Source: Chiloscyllium plagiosum
Lineage: Eukaryota
DNA length: 64,000 nucleotides
NCBI RefSeq assembly: GCF_004010195.1
Contig: NC_057719.1
Location: 58,898,089-58,962,088 of the forward strand
Direction of reading: 5' to 3'
Under the pieces are notes generated by a model. That model did no database searches and was not told the DNA's origin. It worked only from the letters and a program-made list of their open reading frames with translations. The translations under genes and the position numbers were made by a program. Of the stretch, positions 48,800 to 62,171 are shown one piece after another; position 1 is the stretch's first letter, and each line of letters opens with the position of its first letter.

Positions 48800-51047
48800 A
48801 CTACAGTGAGCTGCACAATTGAAGAAATCCATGACTAATGAATTCACCACCAGGTACCTAAGAAAGGCAGCCAATATCATCAAAGACCCCTACCACACTG
48901 GTTATAATCTCTTCCCACCTCTTCCAAAAGGCATTGAACATAGAACATTACAGCGCAGTACAGGGTCTTCGGCCCTTGATGTTGTGCCAACCTGTGGAAC
49001 CAATCTGAAGCCTAGAAAAAATAAATGAAAAGAATGAACACATTCCCGTGATAACATCGGCCCTCGATGTTGTGCCAACCTGTGGAACCAATCTGAAGCC
49101 TATCTATCCTACACTATTCCATTATTTTTCATATGTTTATCCAATGACCATTTAAGTGCCCTCAAAGTTGGTGAGCCTACTACTATTGCAGGTAGGGTGT
49201 TCCACGCCCCTACTACTCTCTGAGTAAAGAAACTACCTCTGACATCTGTCCTATATCTATCACCCCCTCAATTTAAAGCTATGTCCCTCATGCTAGCCAT
49301 CACCATCCAAGGAGAAAGGCTCTCACTGTCCACCCTATCTAACTCTCTGATTATCTTATATGTCTCAATTAAGTCATGTCTCAATGTTCTTCTCTCTAAT
49401 GAAAACAGGCTCATGTCCCTCAGCCTTTCCTCATAAGACCTTCCCTCCATATCAGGCAACATCCTAGTAAATCTCCTCTGCACCCTTTCCAAATCTTTCA
49501 CATCCTTCCTACAATGTGGTGACCAGAACTGTACACAATACTCCAAGTGTGGCCACACCAGAGTTTTGTACTGCTGCAACATGACCGCATGGCTCCAAAA
49601 CTCAGTCCGTCTGCCAATAAAAGCTAACACACCTGATGCCTTCTTAACCACCCTATCAACCTGGGTGGCAACTGTCAGGGATCTGTGTACATGGACACCG
49701 AGATACCTCTGCTCATCTACACTACCAAGAATCATACCATTAGCCCAGTACTCTGTATTCCTGTTTCTCCTTCCAAATTGAATCATCTCACACTTTTCCA
49801 CGTTAAACTCCATTTGCCACCTCTCTGTCCAGCTCTGCAGCTTATCTATGTCCCTCTGTGACCTGCAGCATCCTTCAGCACTATCCACAACTCCACCAAC
49901 CTCAGTGTCATCCGCAAATTTACTCACCCATCCTTCTACGTCCTCATCCAGGTCATTTATAAAAATGACAAACAGCAGTGACCCTAAAACAGATCCTTGT
50001 GCTACACCACTAGTAACTGAACTCCAGGTTGAACATTTCCTATCAACCACCACCCTCCATCTTCTTTCAGCTAGCCAATTTCTGATCCAACCTACTAAAT
50101 CACCCTCAATCCCATGCTTCCATTTTTTGTGCAATAGCCTACCATGGGGAACCTTATCAAATGCCTTACAGAAATCCATATTTACCACATCAACTGATTT
50201 ACCCTCATCTACCTGTTTGGTCACCTTCTCAAAGAAGGTAACCAATAAGATTTGTGAGACATGACCTACCCTTCACAAAACCATGTTGACTATCAATAAT
50301 CAACTTATTCTTCTCTGGATGATTATAAATCCTATCTCTTGTAACCTTTTCCAACACTTTACCCACAACCTTAAGGCTCACTTGTCTATAATTACCAGGG
50401 TTGTCCCCTTCTTGAACAAGGGGACAGCATTTGCTATCCTCCAATCTTCTGGCACTATTCCTGTAGACAATGACAACATAAAGATCAAAGCCAAAGTCTC
50501 TGCAATCCCCTCCCTGGCTTCCCAGTGAATCCTAGGATACATCCCATCCATCCCAGGGAATTTACCTATTTTCACACTTTCCAGAATTGCTAATACCTCC
50601 TCCTTGTGAACCTCAATCCTGTCTGGTCTAGCTTGTATCTCAATATTCTGCTCGACAACATTGTCTTTTTCCTGTGTGAATATGAATGAAAAATATTCAT
50701 TTAGTGCTTCCCCTATCTCCTCAGACTCCATGCACAACTTCCCACTACTATCCTTAATTGGCCCTAATCTTTCTCTAGTCATTCTTTTGTTCCTGATATA
50801 CCTATATAAAGCTTTAGGGTTTTTCTTGATCCTATCCACCAATTATTTCTTAGAAGATACAAAAGCTTAAACACATGTACCAACATGTTCAAGAACAGCC
50901 TCTTTGCTGCTCTATTTGGACTTCTGAATGGACCTATCAAACTTAAATTCTAATATCGATCTTGCTTCTTGTGCATCTTCTTTGCAGCCATAACATTATA
51001 TTCTTCAACCTGTTCTGTCAGCCTCCAATCTTTGTATGGTATGATCT
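48800..51047 (+). mobile_element. Rex1/Babar-type LINE 3' fragment split by a CR1 insertion (48935-50850)
   Basis: YLRKAANIIKDPYHTGYNLFPPLPKG (to about 48931) continues as RRYKSLNTCTNMFKNS at about 50852. Confidence 0.65.
48935..50845 (-). mobile_element. 5'-truncated CR1 LINE with a 325-codon open RT segment
   Basis: ORF 49268..50245: [40 protein letters not shown]. Confidence 0.9.
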
Positions 51048-54000
51048 GCCCAGGGAGATAGTGAGGAAAGATTTCAATCTGAGACTGGTACAGTTGAGAA
51101 CAAAGACGAGTCAAATAGTCAGGACAGGCAGGGACAGAGCAGAGAGCAAAGTAGGACCGATTAATTAAACTGCATTTATTTCAATGCAAGAGGCCTAACA
51201 GGGAAGGCAGATGAACTCAGGGCATAGTTAGGAATGTGGAACTAGGATATCATAGCAATTACAGAAACATGACTCAGGGATGGACAGGATTGACAGCTTT
51301 ATGGTCCAGGATACAAATGCTACAGGAAGAACAGAAAGGGAGTCAAGAGAGGAGGGGGGAGTAGCGTTTTTGATAAGGGATAGCATTACAGCTGTACTTA
51401 GGGGGGTATTATAGAGTCATAGAGATGTACAGCATGGAAACAGACCCTTCGGTCCAACCTGTCCATGCCGACCAGATATCCCAACCCAATCTAGTCCCAC
51501 CTGCCAGCATCCGGCCCATATTCCTCTATACCCTTCCTACTCATATACCCATCCAAATGCCTCTTAAATATTGCAATTGTATCAGCCTCCACCACATCCT
51601 CTGGCAGCTCATTCCATACATGTACCACCCGCTGCGTGAAAAAATTGCCCCTTAGGTCTCTTTTATATCTTTCCCCTCTCACCCTACACCTATGCCCTCT
51701 AGTTCTGGACTCACCTACCCCAGAGAAAATACCTTGTCTATTTATCCGATCCCCCTCATGATTTTATAAACCTCTAAAGTGATCACTGCTCAGCCTCCTA
51801 CACTCCAGGGAAAACAGCCCCAGCCTATTCAACCTCTCCCTATCGCTCAAATCCTCCAACCCTGGCAACATCTTTGTAAATCTTTTCTGAACCCTTTCAA
51901 GTTTCACCTCCCCCAGGACCTTACCATTAAGTGTATAAGTCCTGCTAAGATTTGCTTTCCCAAAATGCAGTCCCTCGCATTTATCTGAATTAAACTCCAT
52001 CTGCCACTTCTCAGCCCACTGGCCCATCTGTTCCAGATCCTGTTGTAATCTGAGGTAACCCTCTTCACTGTCCACTACACCTCCAATTTTGGTATCATCT
52101 GCAAACTTACTAACTGTACCTCTTATGCTCGGAAATACATCCAGGGAAGGTATTTGGGTAGAACTGAGAAATAAGAAAGGGCTGCTCACCTTATTCGATT
52201 GTATTATAGACCCCCTAATAGTCAGAAGGAGAAACAAACTTGTAAGGAGATCTCAGTTATCTGTAAGAATAATAGGGTGGTTATAGTAGCGAATTTTAAC
52301 TTTCCACACATAGACTGGGACTGCCATAGTGTTAAGGGTTTAGATGGAGAGGAATTTGTTCAGTGTGTTAAAGAAAATTTCTGATTCAGTATGTGGATGT
52401 ACCTATTGGAGAAGGTGCAAAACTTGACCTACTCTCGGGAAATAAGGCAGGGCAGGTGACTGAGGTGTCAGTGGGAGAGGACTTTGGGGCCAGCGACCAT
52501 AATTCTATTAGATTTAAAATAGTGATGGAAAAGGATAGACCAGATCTAAAAGTTGAAGTTATAAATTGGAGGAAGGCCAATTTTGACAGTATTAGGCAAG
52601 AACTTTCAACAGCTGATTGGGGGCAGATGTTTGCAGGTAAAGGGACAGCTGGAAAATGGGAAGCCTTCAGGAATGAGATAACGAGAGTCCAGAGAAAGTA
52701 TATTCCTGTTAGGGTCAAAGGAGAGGCTGGTAAGTATAGGGAATGCTGGATGACTAAAGAAATTGAGGGTTTGGTTAAGAAAAAGAAGGAAGCATATGTC
52801 ACGTAAAGACAGGATAGATCAAGTGAATCCTTAGAGGAGTATAAAGGCAGTAGGAGTATACTTAAGAGAGAAATCAGGTGGGCAAAAAGGGGACATGAGA
52901 TAGCTTTGGCAAATAGAGTCAAAGCGAATCCAAAGGGTTTTTACAAAGACAAAAAGGTACTTAGGGAGCGAATAGGGCCCCTCAAAGATCAGCAAGACGG
53001 CCTTTGTGTGGAGCCGCAGGAGATGGGGCAGATACTAAACAAATATTTTACATCAGTATTTACTGTTGAAGAGGATATGGAAGATATCGAATGTAGGGAA
53101 ATAGATGGTGACATCTTGAAAAATGTCCATATTACAGAGGAGGAAGTGCTGGATGTCTTGAAACGCATAAAAATGGATAAATCCCCAGGACCTGATCAGG
53201 TGTACCCTAGAACTCAGTGGGAAGCTAGAGAAGTAATTGCTGGGCCTCTTGCTGAGATATTTGTATCATCGATAGTCGCAGGTGAGGTACTGGAAGTCTG
53301 GAGGTTGGCTAATGTGGTGCCACTGCTTAAGAAAGGTGATAAAGACAAGCCAGGGAACTATAGACCAGTGAGCCTGACGTTGGTGGTGGGTGGGTTGTTG
53401 GAAGGAACCCTGATGGACAGGATGTACATGTATTTGGAAAGGCAAGGACTGATTAAGGATTGTCAACGTGACTTTATGCAAGGGAAATCATGTCTCACAA
53501 ACTTGATTGAGTTTTTTGAAGAAGTAGCAAAGAGGATTGATGAGGGCCGAGCAGTAGATGTGATCTATATGGACTTCAATAAGGCGTTTGACAAGGTTCC
53601 CTATGGGAGACTGCTTAGCAAGGTTCAATCTCACGGAATATAGGGAGAACTCGCCATTGGGATACAGAACTGGCTCAAAGGCAGAAGACAGAGGGTGATG
53701 GTGGAGGGTTGTTTTTCAGATTGGAAGCCTGTGACCAGTGGAGTGCCACAAGGATCGGTGCTGGGTCCATTACTTTTCATCGTTTATATAAATGATTTGG
53801 ATGGGAGCATAAGAGGTATAGTTAGTAAGTTTGCAGAAGACACCAAAATTGGAGGCTTGGTAGACAGCGAACAAGGTTACCTCAGATTACAACAGGATCT
53901 TGATCAGATGGGCCAATGGGCTGAGAAGTGGCAGATGAAGTTTAATTTAGATAGATGTGAAGTGCTGCATTTTGGGAAAGCAAAACGTAGCAGGATTTAT

Positions 54001-54722
54001 ACACTTAATGGTAAGGTCCTAGGGGGTTGCTGGACAAAGAGACCTTGGAGTGCAGGTTCATAGCTCCTTGAAAGTGGAGCCGCAGCTAGATAGGATAGTG
54101 AAGAAGATGTTTGGTATGCTTTCGTTTATTGGTCAAAATATTGAGTACAGGAATTGGGAGGTCATGTTACGGTTGTACAGGACATTGGTTAGGCCACTGC
54201 TGGAATATTGCTATCGGAAAGATGTTATGAAACTTGAAAGGGTTCAGAAAAGATTTACAATGATGTTGCCAGGGTTGGAGGATTTGAGCTATAGGGAGAG
54301 GTTGAATAGGTTAGGGCTGTTTTCCCTGGTGCATTGGAGGCTGAGGGGTGACCTTATAAAGGTTTATAAAATCATGAGGGGCATGGATAGGGTAAATAGG
54401 CAAAGTCTTTTCCCTGGGGAGTAGAGGGCATAGGTTTAGGGTGAGAGGGGAAATATGTTTAAAAAAATGATGTAAGCGGCAACTTTTTCACGCAGAGGGT
54501 GGTACGTGTATGGAATGAGCTGTCAGAGGATGTGGTGGAGGCTGGTACAATTGCAACATTCAAAAGGCACCTGGATAGGTATTTGAATAGGAAGGGTTTG
54601 GAGGGATATGGGTCAGATGCTGGCACGTGGAACTAGATTTGGTTGGGATATCTGGTCGGCATGGACTAGTTGGACCGAAGGGCCTGTTTCCATGCTGTAC
54701 ATCTCCATGTCTATGACTCTAT
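51048..54722 (+). mobile_element. CR1 LINE ORF2 (APE plus RT) through the 3' tail, disrupted; contains an inverted CR1 fragment
   Basis: ORFs 52199-54424 give consecutive ORF2 pieces; same subfamily as 13048-17813. Confidence 0.9.
51410..52128 (-). mobile_element. CR1 3' fragment nested antisense in the 51048-54722 CR1
   Basis: Starts with the atagagtcatagag tail; the host resumes at ggaaatacatccagggaag. Confidence 0.85.
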
Positions 54723-56331
54723 AATTCTGTAACTTAAACATTAACAGTGATCCAAGAATCGCCAAATTTAAATTTGTCAATCTGTTAAATTCACAACTTA
54801 TTTTTTGATGTAATGACCATCTGTTACTGAACGATATCAAATTTTGACCACATCTAAAAAGCATTTAACAGATTATCCTTAATGTAAAGCTCATTCAAGA
54901 GTTTTTAAAAATCCTGCGAGAAATAAAATTTGAAGAAAGGACTTTGGAAATTAGTGAACATTAGTTGGGTGGTCTGTTCTGCTATGTATATGTTCTAGCT
55001 GCTAAATTACAATCTCAGACCTTTTGCACATATTGATCAGTTTCATGAGAGTAAGCTTCTCCTCTCACAGTAGTCATGGTCTCACTGCAAAATCTCCTAC
55101 GCTTAATGCAATTCGGTTATCAATAGGTCATTTAGTTGTATAAATCTATAGGATTCTATGAGATGTGTTAATGCAGGCACACGTTGATCAATGAATTTCT
55201 TTTCACTTTGGCACCTAATATTGAACACATGCCATTCATTTAGTTACATTAATTTAGGGTGTAATTCATGTCTTCAAGAATTTCAAAATTCCCCTTGTCT
55301 CATTTTTCCGAGAAACCTTGGTTCGAATATATTTTATAACAATCTCTCCCAACTGCTCTGGCTTGTTAATTAAATCTGTCACAATTTCATAACTTTGCTT
55401 TTAAGTTCAATTTCATATCATTCTTCATTTAATTAGCACCATGAGAGGAAACTTTGGAGCCATTGTATCCTACCTGCACTCAAAGCTATGGCCTACTTCT
55501 TTGTCCTTTTTCTGTGACTTCCTGGGGCTTTCAGAAGCATTGAACATTCAATTCCAGCTCCATGTCTTGTGGGCTCATAGGACAACAGTCTGGCTTGTAC
55601 TGTGTCTTTTACCAAACTGGCCATAGGATGGAAGCCTGTAATGAGTATCACAAGGGTCACAGAACGGTGGAGGCATTTGGTACAGTATTGCAATTTTTCT
55701 CTTAAGCTCAGCCGTGTATGCCATTAATTAACCCTTCCTAACAGCACTATGATCTTTCTTCTACCCCAAATTCTGCAATGATTCAAAAAGGCAACACATG
55801 TCCAGAACGATTGGAGTGGGCAATAAATGGTGACCCAGATAGATGCCCACTCACAGGCCATGAGAAATTAAAAACAAATCCTTACTTGTTCTGTTCAAAT
55901 CACCTTTGTGACCTTTTGAAAATATATATTTTGATTTTTTGCCAAATTTGGGCATTTTCACTGGCAGTTAATCAAGCTCATATCAACAGGTATGGATTTG
56001 TATATTTTATCAAAATGCTATCAGCAGGAAATTGCAGTTAAATGCTTCTGATGATGGGTGATCACTAAATTCGTTGATAGTTCAGCATCACTGGTATACA
56101 TACAGCTTTCTTAGCATAAATTAATTTGGAGCAAATGCTACTTTGATAAATTTGTGATTTTTGTGGCAGTTCCAAAATCCAAAAGTCAGTCATTCACAAA
56201 AAAACGAGTCGAATACAAGTCACTCAAATCACTTCACATTTCATTTTATTTATCACTGTGGTTGTCAATTTTCTATAACATTGTGCACTAAAGGTGAAAG
56301 GTCTTCTCAAGCAAACTAAGGTGGGAAGGTG

Positions 56332-56635
56332 AAGCACGGTGACACAGTGGTTAGCACTGCTGCCTCACAGCGCCAGGGACCTGGGTTCAATTCCTGCCTC
56401 AGACTGTGTGGAGTTTGCACATTGTCTGCGTGGGCTTCCTCCGGGTGCTCCAGTTTCCTCCCACTGTCCAAAAGTGTGCAGGTCAGGTGAATTGGCCATG
56501 CTAAATTGCCTGTATTGTTAAAATTGCCCATAGTGTTACGTGTAGGGGAATGGGTTTGGGTGGGTTGCACTTCAGTGGGTCGGTGTGGATTTGTCGGGCC
56601 AAAGGGCCAGTTTCCACACTGTAAGTAATCTAATC
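56332..56635 (+). mobile_element. HE1-like SINE
   Basis: Same family as 3117-3430, with a short internal taaattgcc duplication. Confidence 0.85.
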
Positions 56636-56957
56636 ATGTTTGCAAATATAATTAAGTACTAAAACTGAGCACTGTGTCAGTTTACCCTGTCTGCCAGTAT
56701 GACTCAGTGGGTTGATTTCCCTGTATGTAAAATCTGCACTGTGAAAATAGTAACTAGTAGTTGTTCAGCAGATCCATTAATTTCTGGAACTATTTATTTG
56801 TCTGTTTTCTGTCTTTCATGCACTGCCCTTTTCTTGTCTCTCAACACCTTTCTACCAAACCCCATTTCCTTCAGTCACCGAAAATACTAAGGTATAAACA
56901 TTAAAGTCTGTAACCCTAAAGCCTTTATCATATCTCAACATTCTTTTTACAATGTAG

Positions 56958-57098
56958 GATGCACTGAGCAGCTTTCAGAAAGCTTTGGATCTCGAACATG
57001 AAGCTTCTGAAATAGGAATTACAAATACAGTTAATAAGAGTGTAGAAATATATTACCACATGGGTCTTTGCTACATTGAACTAAATCAACTCCGAGAG
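56958..57098 (+). CDS. TTC6: TTC6 internal coding exon F
   Basis: ctttttacaatgtag acceptor, GTGAGA donor. DALSSFQKALDLEHEASEIGITNTVNKSVEIYYHMGLCYIELNQLRE. 141 nt, phase 0-0. Confidence 0.9.
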
Positions 57099-57183
57099 GT
57101 GAGAATATTATTCCTTATTGTGATGTTTATTCATGTTACTTAGTCTCTGTTACTTGAAGTAATTTTTGATTGATGTTTTTCAG

Positions 57184-57333
57184 GCAATTGATTCCTTTAA
57201 TAGTGCAGTGAAATTGCTCCCAAATTTTGCTAAAGCTTATTATCAGCGAGGATTATGCGGTTTGAAGCTTCATGACTTTAATTGTATCTATGACTTTCAC
57301 AGAGCACTTGCACTCAACCCCAAACTCTTTGAG
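57184..57333 (+). CDS. TTC6: TTC6 internal coding exon G
   Basis: tgtttttcag acceptor, GTATTG donor. AIDSFNSAVKLLPNFAKAYYQRGLCGLKLHDFNCIYDFHRALALNPKLFE, a canonical TPR pattern. 150 nt. Confidence 0.92.
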
Positions 57334-59281
57334 GTATTGTGGTTACCTATTTATGCATTGGTTTGAGATAATTGTTTCCAGATTGATATAAAATAATTAA
57401 TTAGTTAACAAATATTCATCACCTTTTACATGTCATGTTTACAGATATATCTATAATTTGTAAATATTAGTTTTTGTTAATTGTTGAGAACACTTGACCA
57501 TAAAATTTATCATGTTAATGGTGTTTTTAGTTTGTATAAAGAAGTGCAAATAAAAAAAATTAGAAACCTTTATCATCTAATTGATTCAAATGTAGGCCAA
57601 AGCCTAAGATTTCTGATAAAAATAGCTCATTTACAGATCAGTACCAACTATAAATAAAAGTCATTCCACTATAGTCCAGGCCCAAAGCATTCTGTCATGG
57701 TCAATGTGGCCTCTGACCTGCAACCTCCCTGCTGTATATAAATATTTGTTTTGATTTTGATTATATGATGCTGACATTTTCCTTCTGTTTCTACCCCTCA
57801 CCCACCTCTTGACCCAAGAAAACAATTCACTCTGCAAGTGACATTATGACGTAGGTGTATTGTACTGGAGCAGAAGAACAGAGTTGAAGTCATATTTTTA
57901 AGCACTACTGTTAAACTGACAAGTGGTTAAATCACACAGCTTTTTGGAGAAAGACTCTGTTAAATATTGCATAAATAAAATGCAGGGACTAGTTCATTTT
58001 AGAAAACCTGGTCGGCATACATGACCCTTAAAGCCAAAAGGTCTGTTTGCGTGCTGTATGAATCTATGACTCGAAGTATTTGTCAGAATTGCCACTTCAG
58101 GTGATCCTGAAACCTATGACCTTTTAAGATCAGGTCTTGATCTCAGATTTTCCTCTCAGCCCTTGCCTTACATCTGACCCACCAGACTTTATAACGTTCT
58201 TCACAAATGTGAATGCACAGCCTAGTATACGTTGACTCCAACAATGGCCCAAATTTGGAGCATTTACCTCTCTGACACTGGGTTCATGATGATGGGGCCT
58301 GAGATGTAATATTCACAGCTCCACAAACATCACTATCCGTGAGGGATGTGGAGGATAACTTGCCAAGCCTTGATCATTTTACATTTTTTGCAGACTAAGG
58401 ATTTTTTTTAAGTTCTGTACAGATGACCTACTGAATGTGCTGTGGTACCTCCTGTTCTAGTCATATAAACAAACCTTTTAGATAACATTTTTAAGGTTTA
58501 ATTTCCAAGCCTAGTTTAAACAGAACTGGTGAGCTGGCCAGTGCAAACAAAAAAAACGTTATTGAGAAAGCCTTCTTGGATGTTGGCGTCGGAGGAGATA
58601 AATATATCATTGGATTCTATTCTGGAGTACATCTATTATGAAGTAAAAAAATTGGTGTCAAGTTTCCTGGTGAACGATCTGCCTTCAGGAGGATTTAATG
58701 ACAGCTACCTTTAAAGCAAATATAATACGGAAATGAGCAGAAGGTTACACAGATAAGACTAGATGAAATAGGGTAGGACGACACTTCTAAGCAGCATAAA
58801 CACCAATCATACTTGTGCTGAATAATCTCTTCCTATCCTGGAAGTTCGGTCTCGCCCTATGTCAATATTTTATTTATCAGGGTCTTTGTCCTTCTACTGC
58901 AGAGCAGCAAACAAATGGTTACAAATCCCAAAGATCTTATTATGTAGAAAACATTTACAAATCTGAAATGTGTTTTCTCTTGAATTGATCATTGACCTTC
59001 CCTTAGGTTTTCCATAAAATTCTGATTTGGAGAAGATGTTGGTATAACTGGGTTTATTTAATGGTGTACAGTTCCAGTCAGTCATATTTAGCCTCGGAAA
59101 TATAGAATTCCAAGGCAGTGCAGTGAACAGAGACAGGCCTCTACTTGCATTTCTTCTTCAACAAGCCTGTACAAAGGTTTTAAAATACAGCATAAAATGT
59201 TTATCCTATTATTTAATCTGCAACCCCATGAAGAATTCCAAAGAAATTGTGTCTTTACCAGAGTCTTCTTTGTTTCTGCAG

Positions 59282-59422
59282 GTCTATCTAAGTCGAGCTG
59301 TTTATTATGCAATACAGAGACGCTTTCTTAAGGCCATTCTAAGCTGTAATGAAGCATTGAAAATTGAGCCCAGGAGTGTAAGAGCTTTTCTATGCAGAGG
59401 GGCACTGAAATTTTACAGCAAG
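59282..59422 (+). CDS. TTC6: TTC6 internal coding exon H
   Basis: tttgtttctgcag acceptor, GTAATG donor. VYLSRAVYYAIQRRFLKAILSCNEALKIEPRSVRAFLCRGALKFYSK. 141 nt; no further exon recognised before the window end. Confidence 0.92.
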
Positions 59423-61070
59423 GTAATGTGAAATCATTTCATTGTGCTCAGTTTCTCCAGTCAGTAATGCGTTATCTCTGGTGTAAAAATGCAATGGCAT
59501 TGCTTTTTACACAAAAGGTGGGACTGCTACGTAATTAAGTTGGGCCAACTAGGAAACAAACAGTCTGAGGGTGGCCAAAGGGCTGTCAAGGGCTGAGACA
59601 GGCTGCTGAAAATGCCTACCTCTGTTGTCTGGGACGTATCCCCAAAGCTTCCTCATACTCTCCATAGCAACCCATGCCACTTCACCCAATGTGCAATCAG
59701 TGAAGAATCAATAAATTATATAGTGGCAATAGTGGAAAAGGTTTTAAAATATAGCTATTCATAACTTGCTTTAAAAATTGTTGTTATTTGAATCTCATAT
59801 AAATGTCAATCAACCAGAAGTTTAAAGTATCAATAGTTGAATCTACTTGACACCTTCTTTCCTTATAGAAATAAGCATTGAGCCATTGTCTAAAGCAATG
59901 CAATATAAAAACTATGAATCAAGTCATGTTTTTCCTTGTGTACAGCTGTTTCAACAAACTAATAGAAGTTTGTACTCTCAGCTAAACATGCATAATAAAG
60001 CCAGAAGTTTTGGCAGAAATCCCAGAATCAAAGTCCTGACCAAGGTCTGTGGAATCTCTCGGACCTCACAAAAATCCAGTTCACTAACTCTGCCTCTCTT
60101 TCTACTTGTTGAATATTTCTAGAATTTTGTGTTTTTGTTTGAGAATTATATACTTAATTTAGATAATTTCTCACACCTTTACATACCAGAGATTGTACCT
60201 GGAGACATCAATTTCTCCTCTTCAGCAATTCCCTTATCCCAGAGACCAGTCTGGTGGCACTTTTTTGCATTCCTTCAAGAATAAATCTGTTCCTTCTTTG
60301 ATAAAACCAAACCTGCACACAGTACTCCAAATCTGGCCTCACCAGTGTCCTGCTGAATTTAGTTGACTTCTTTATTCTTATGCTTTAATTGCTTTGTAAC
60401 TAAAGTTAACATAGCATTTGCTTTCCTAATTGCTTGATTCATCTACCCAGGTCCCTCCAAGTGTGAACATTTTCCATTTTCTCACACTTATCAGGGAAAT
60501 GTCCTTAAAAGATACTTGCTCTTCATTATTGGGTTCTTCGTCCTTCCAATCCTTAAGCTTATTCCTCCTCTAGGAATCTTACCAACCTCTGTTTTTGATA
60601 AAATTCTATTTTAACCATCTCATATTAGCCATTCTCAGGAGCAGCATGTGATGTATCCCAGAGGAATAAAATCAATAAATCACGTGAATGACGCATATTA
60701 ATCTGACTCATTGGTATAGTTCAAAATGGAACTGCAGTATAACCTGTATGTTCATTTCCAAATTTTACTTGTTTTTTTTAACTATGTGTTTGAGATCCTT
60801 GAACTGTTTCTAGCACGGGTGTCCAGGATTTTTGTGGCATAATTCTGCTACTGCCAATCCTTGCCATGTCCTATTGGCATACTTCATTTGTTCACGTCCT
60901 CTTCATGCTCATACATGACTTTATCCAAATATATTTGCATATATTACATCAAACAAATGCTCAGGTATAGAGAAGATTAAGCAACAACTCATCAATAATC
61001 GTGTTCATTATTTATACCAGATAAAAATTAACAAAAGGCAGGAAACACATTTAGTGGGTTTTCTTGAATA

Positions 61071-61298
61071 CAGATTGTTTTTGCTACAACGTGCGTTTCA
61101 TCAGCAAAGTTGGCTATAACGTGATTGATGAATTGTGGATGCTGTTTGGATGACACAAACGTTCTCCTGAACAGATATAGTAATTTTCTATTAGCGGTTT
61201 TCTACAGTACAATTTCTATAGTGGTTTTCCATCGCCTGATTTTCTATAGCGTGAGGTTGCAGAGGAAGACAATTGTCACGTTATAGTAGAACAACCTG
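61071..61298. mobile_element. Tc1/mariner-pogo-type MITE
   Basis: Imperfect TIRs cagattgtttttgctacaacgtg and cacgttatagtagaacaacctg; TA on both sides (61069-70, 61299-300). Confidence 0.7.
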
Positions 61299-62171
61299 TA
61301 TGAATTAAAAATTTCAAACTTTTGGATCTATTTTCTCACTATTTGAAGTTAAAAATCTCTGATAAGTTTTCATTGATGTTAAACTAAAACCACACATGGC
61401 AGCTGGTTTTGTCATTAGATTTATACAAACAAAATATCTTTGAGATAAAATTTGTATTGCACTTTGCAATGTCTGAAGTTAATGTATGTCTGTGTACATA
61501 ACAACAGTGTTACATTTCAAATGTAATCAGTTTGTTGTGAAGCATTTTATGATAGTTAATTGGCACTATACTGCTCTACAACTTGTTTTCCTTTGAAGAT
61601 TACAAAGTCAATCTCCAAACAATCTTGAAAAATGCTGAATAACCGGAATGAATGTACTGGCTCACGGAGCTGTAGGGTGTGTTCAGGCAATGGCTCAATG
61701 ATGACTTTTCAGAGCTGTTGCAACTGGTCATCATCTGATATAACTTACTAAATCCATGCTGCATGGTTATGACCAAAAATGTTTGAGATCAATGTTACAA
61801 CTAGTGGATTTGTCGCCTTATGAGTTATGATAATATGTAGATCTATGCATACTGGTAGAACAGTGATGGGAGGTCCATCTGCTTGAACAATGTGAAAGAT
61901 CCCAAGGATCCATATTGGCACTTAAGATGTCACTTAAGATAACTTATTTTGTATGGGATAGCACCAGTTTTGTGCAGTTTCCTCACATAAGGTGCTTACA
62001 GGATGACCGTCCCATTGGCATTAATATCAACCCTGGCATGTAGTGCATGTTGTCCATTCCTTTAGGGTATATTGCTTGGATAGATGTAAAAGCTCCAGCG
62101 TTTTTGACAGCAGCCCTGTAGTGTGCTAAGTTCACCGTGTGTACTCTCCGACTGGGGTCTGTAAGCTATCA

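Noticed and set aside
49268..50245. Longest ORF (325 aa) as a host gene
   Set aside because: It is a CR1 RT segment in a truncated, frameshifted copy.
59123..59431. ORF-track starts and ends around TTC6 exons (also 40021, 47611, 57166, 4770)
   Set aside because: The extensions are intronic read-through beyond splice sites, and the 4770 ORF is in a different frame from the TPR exon.
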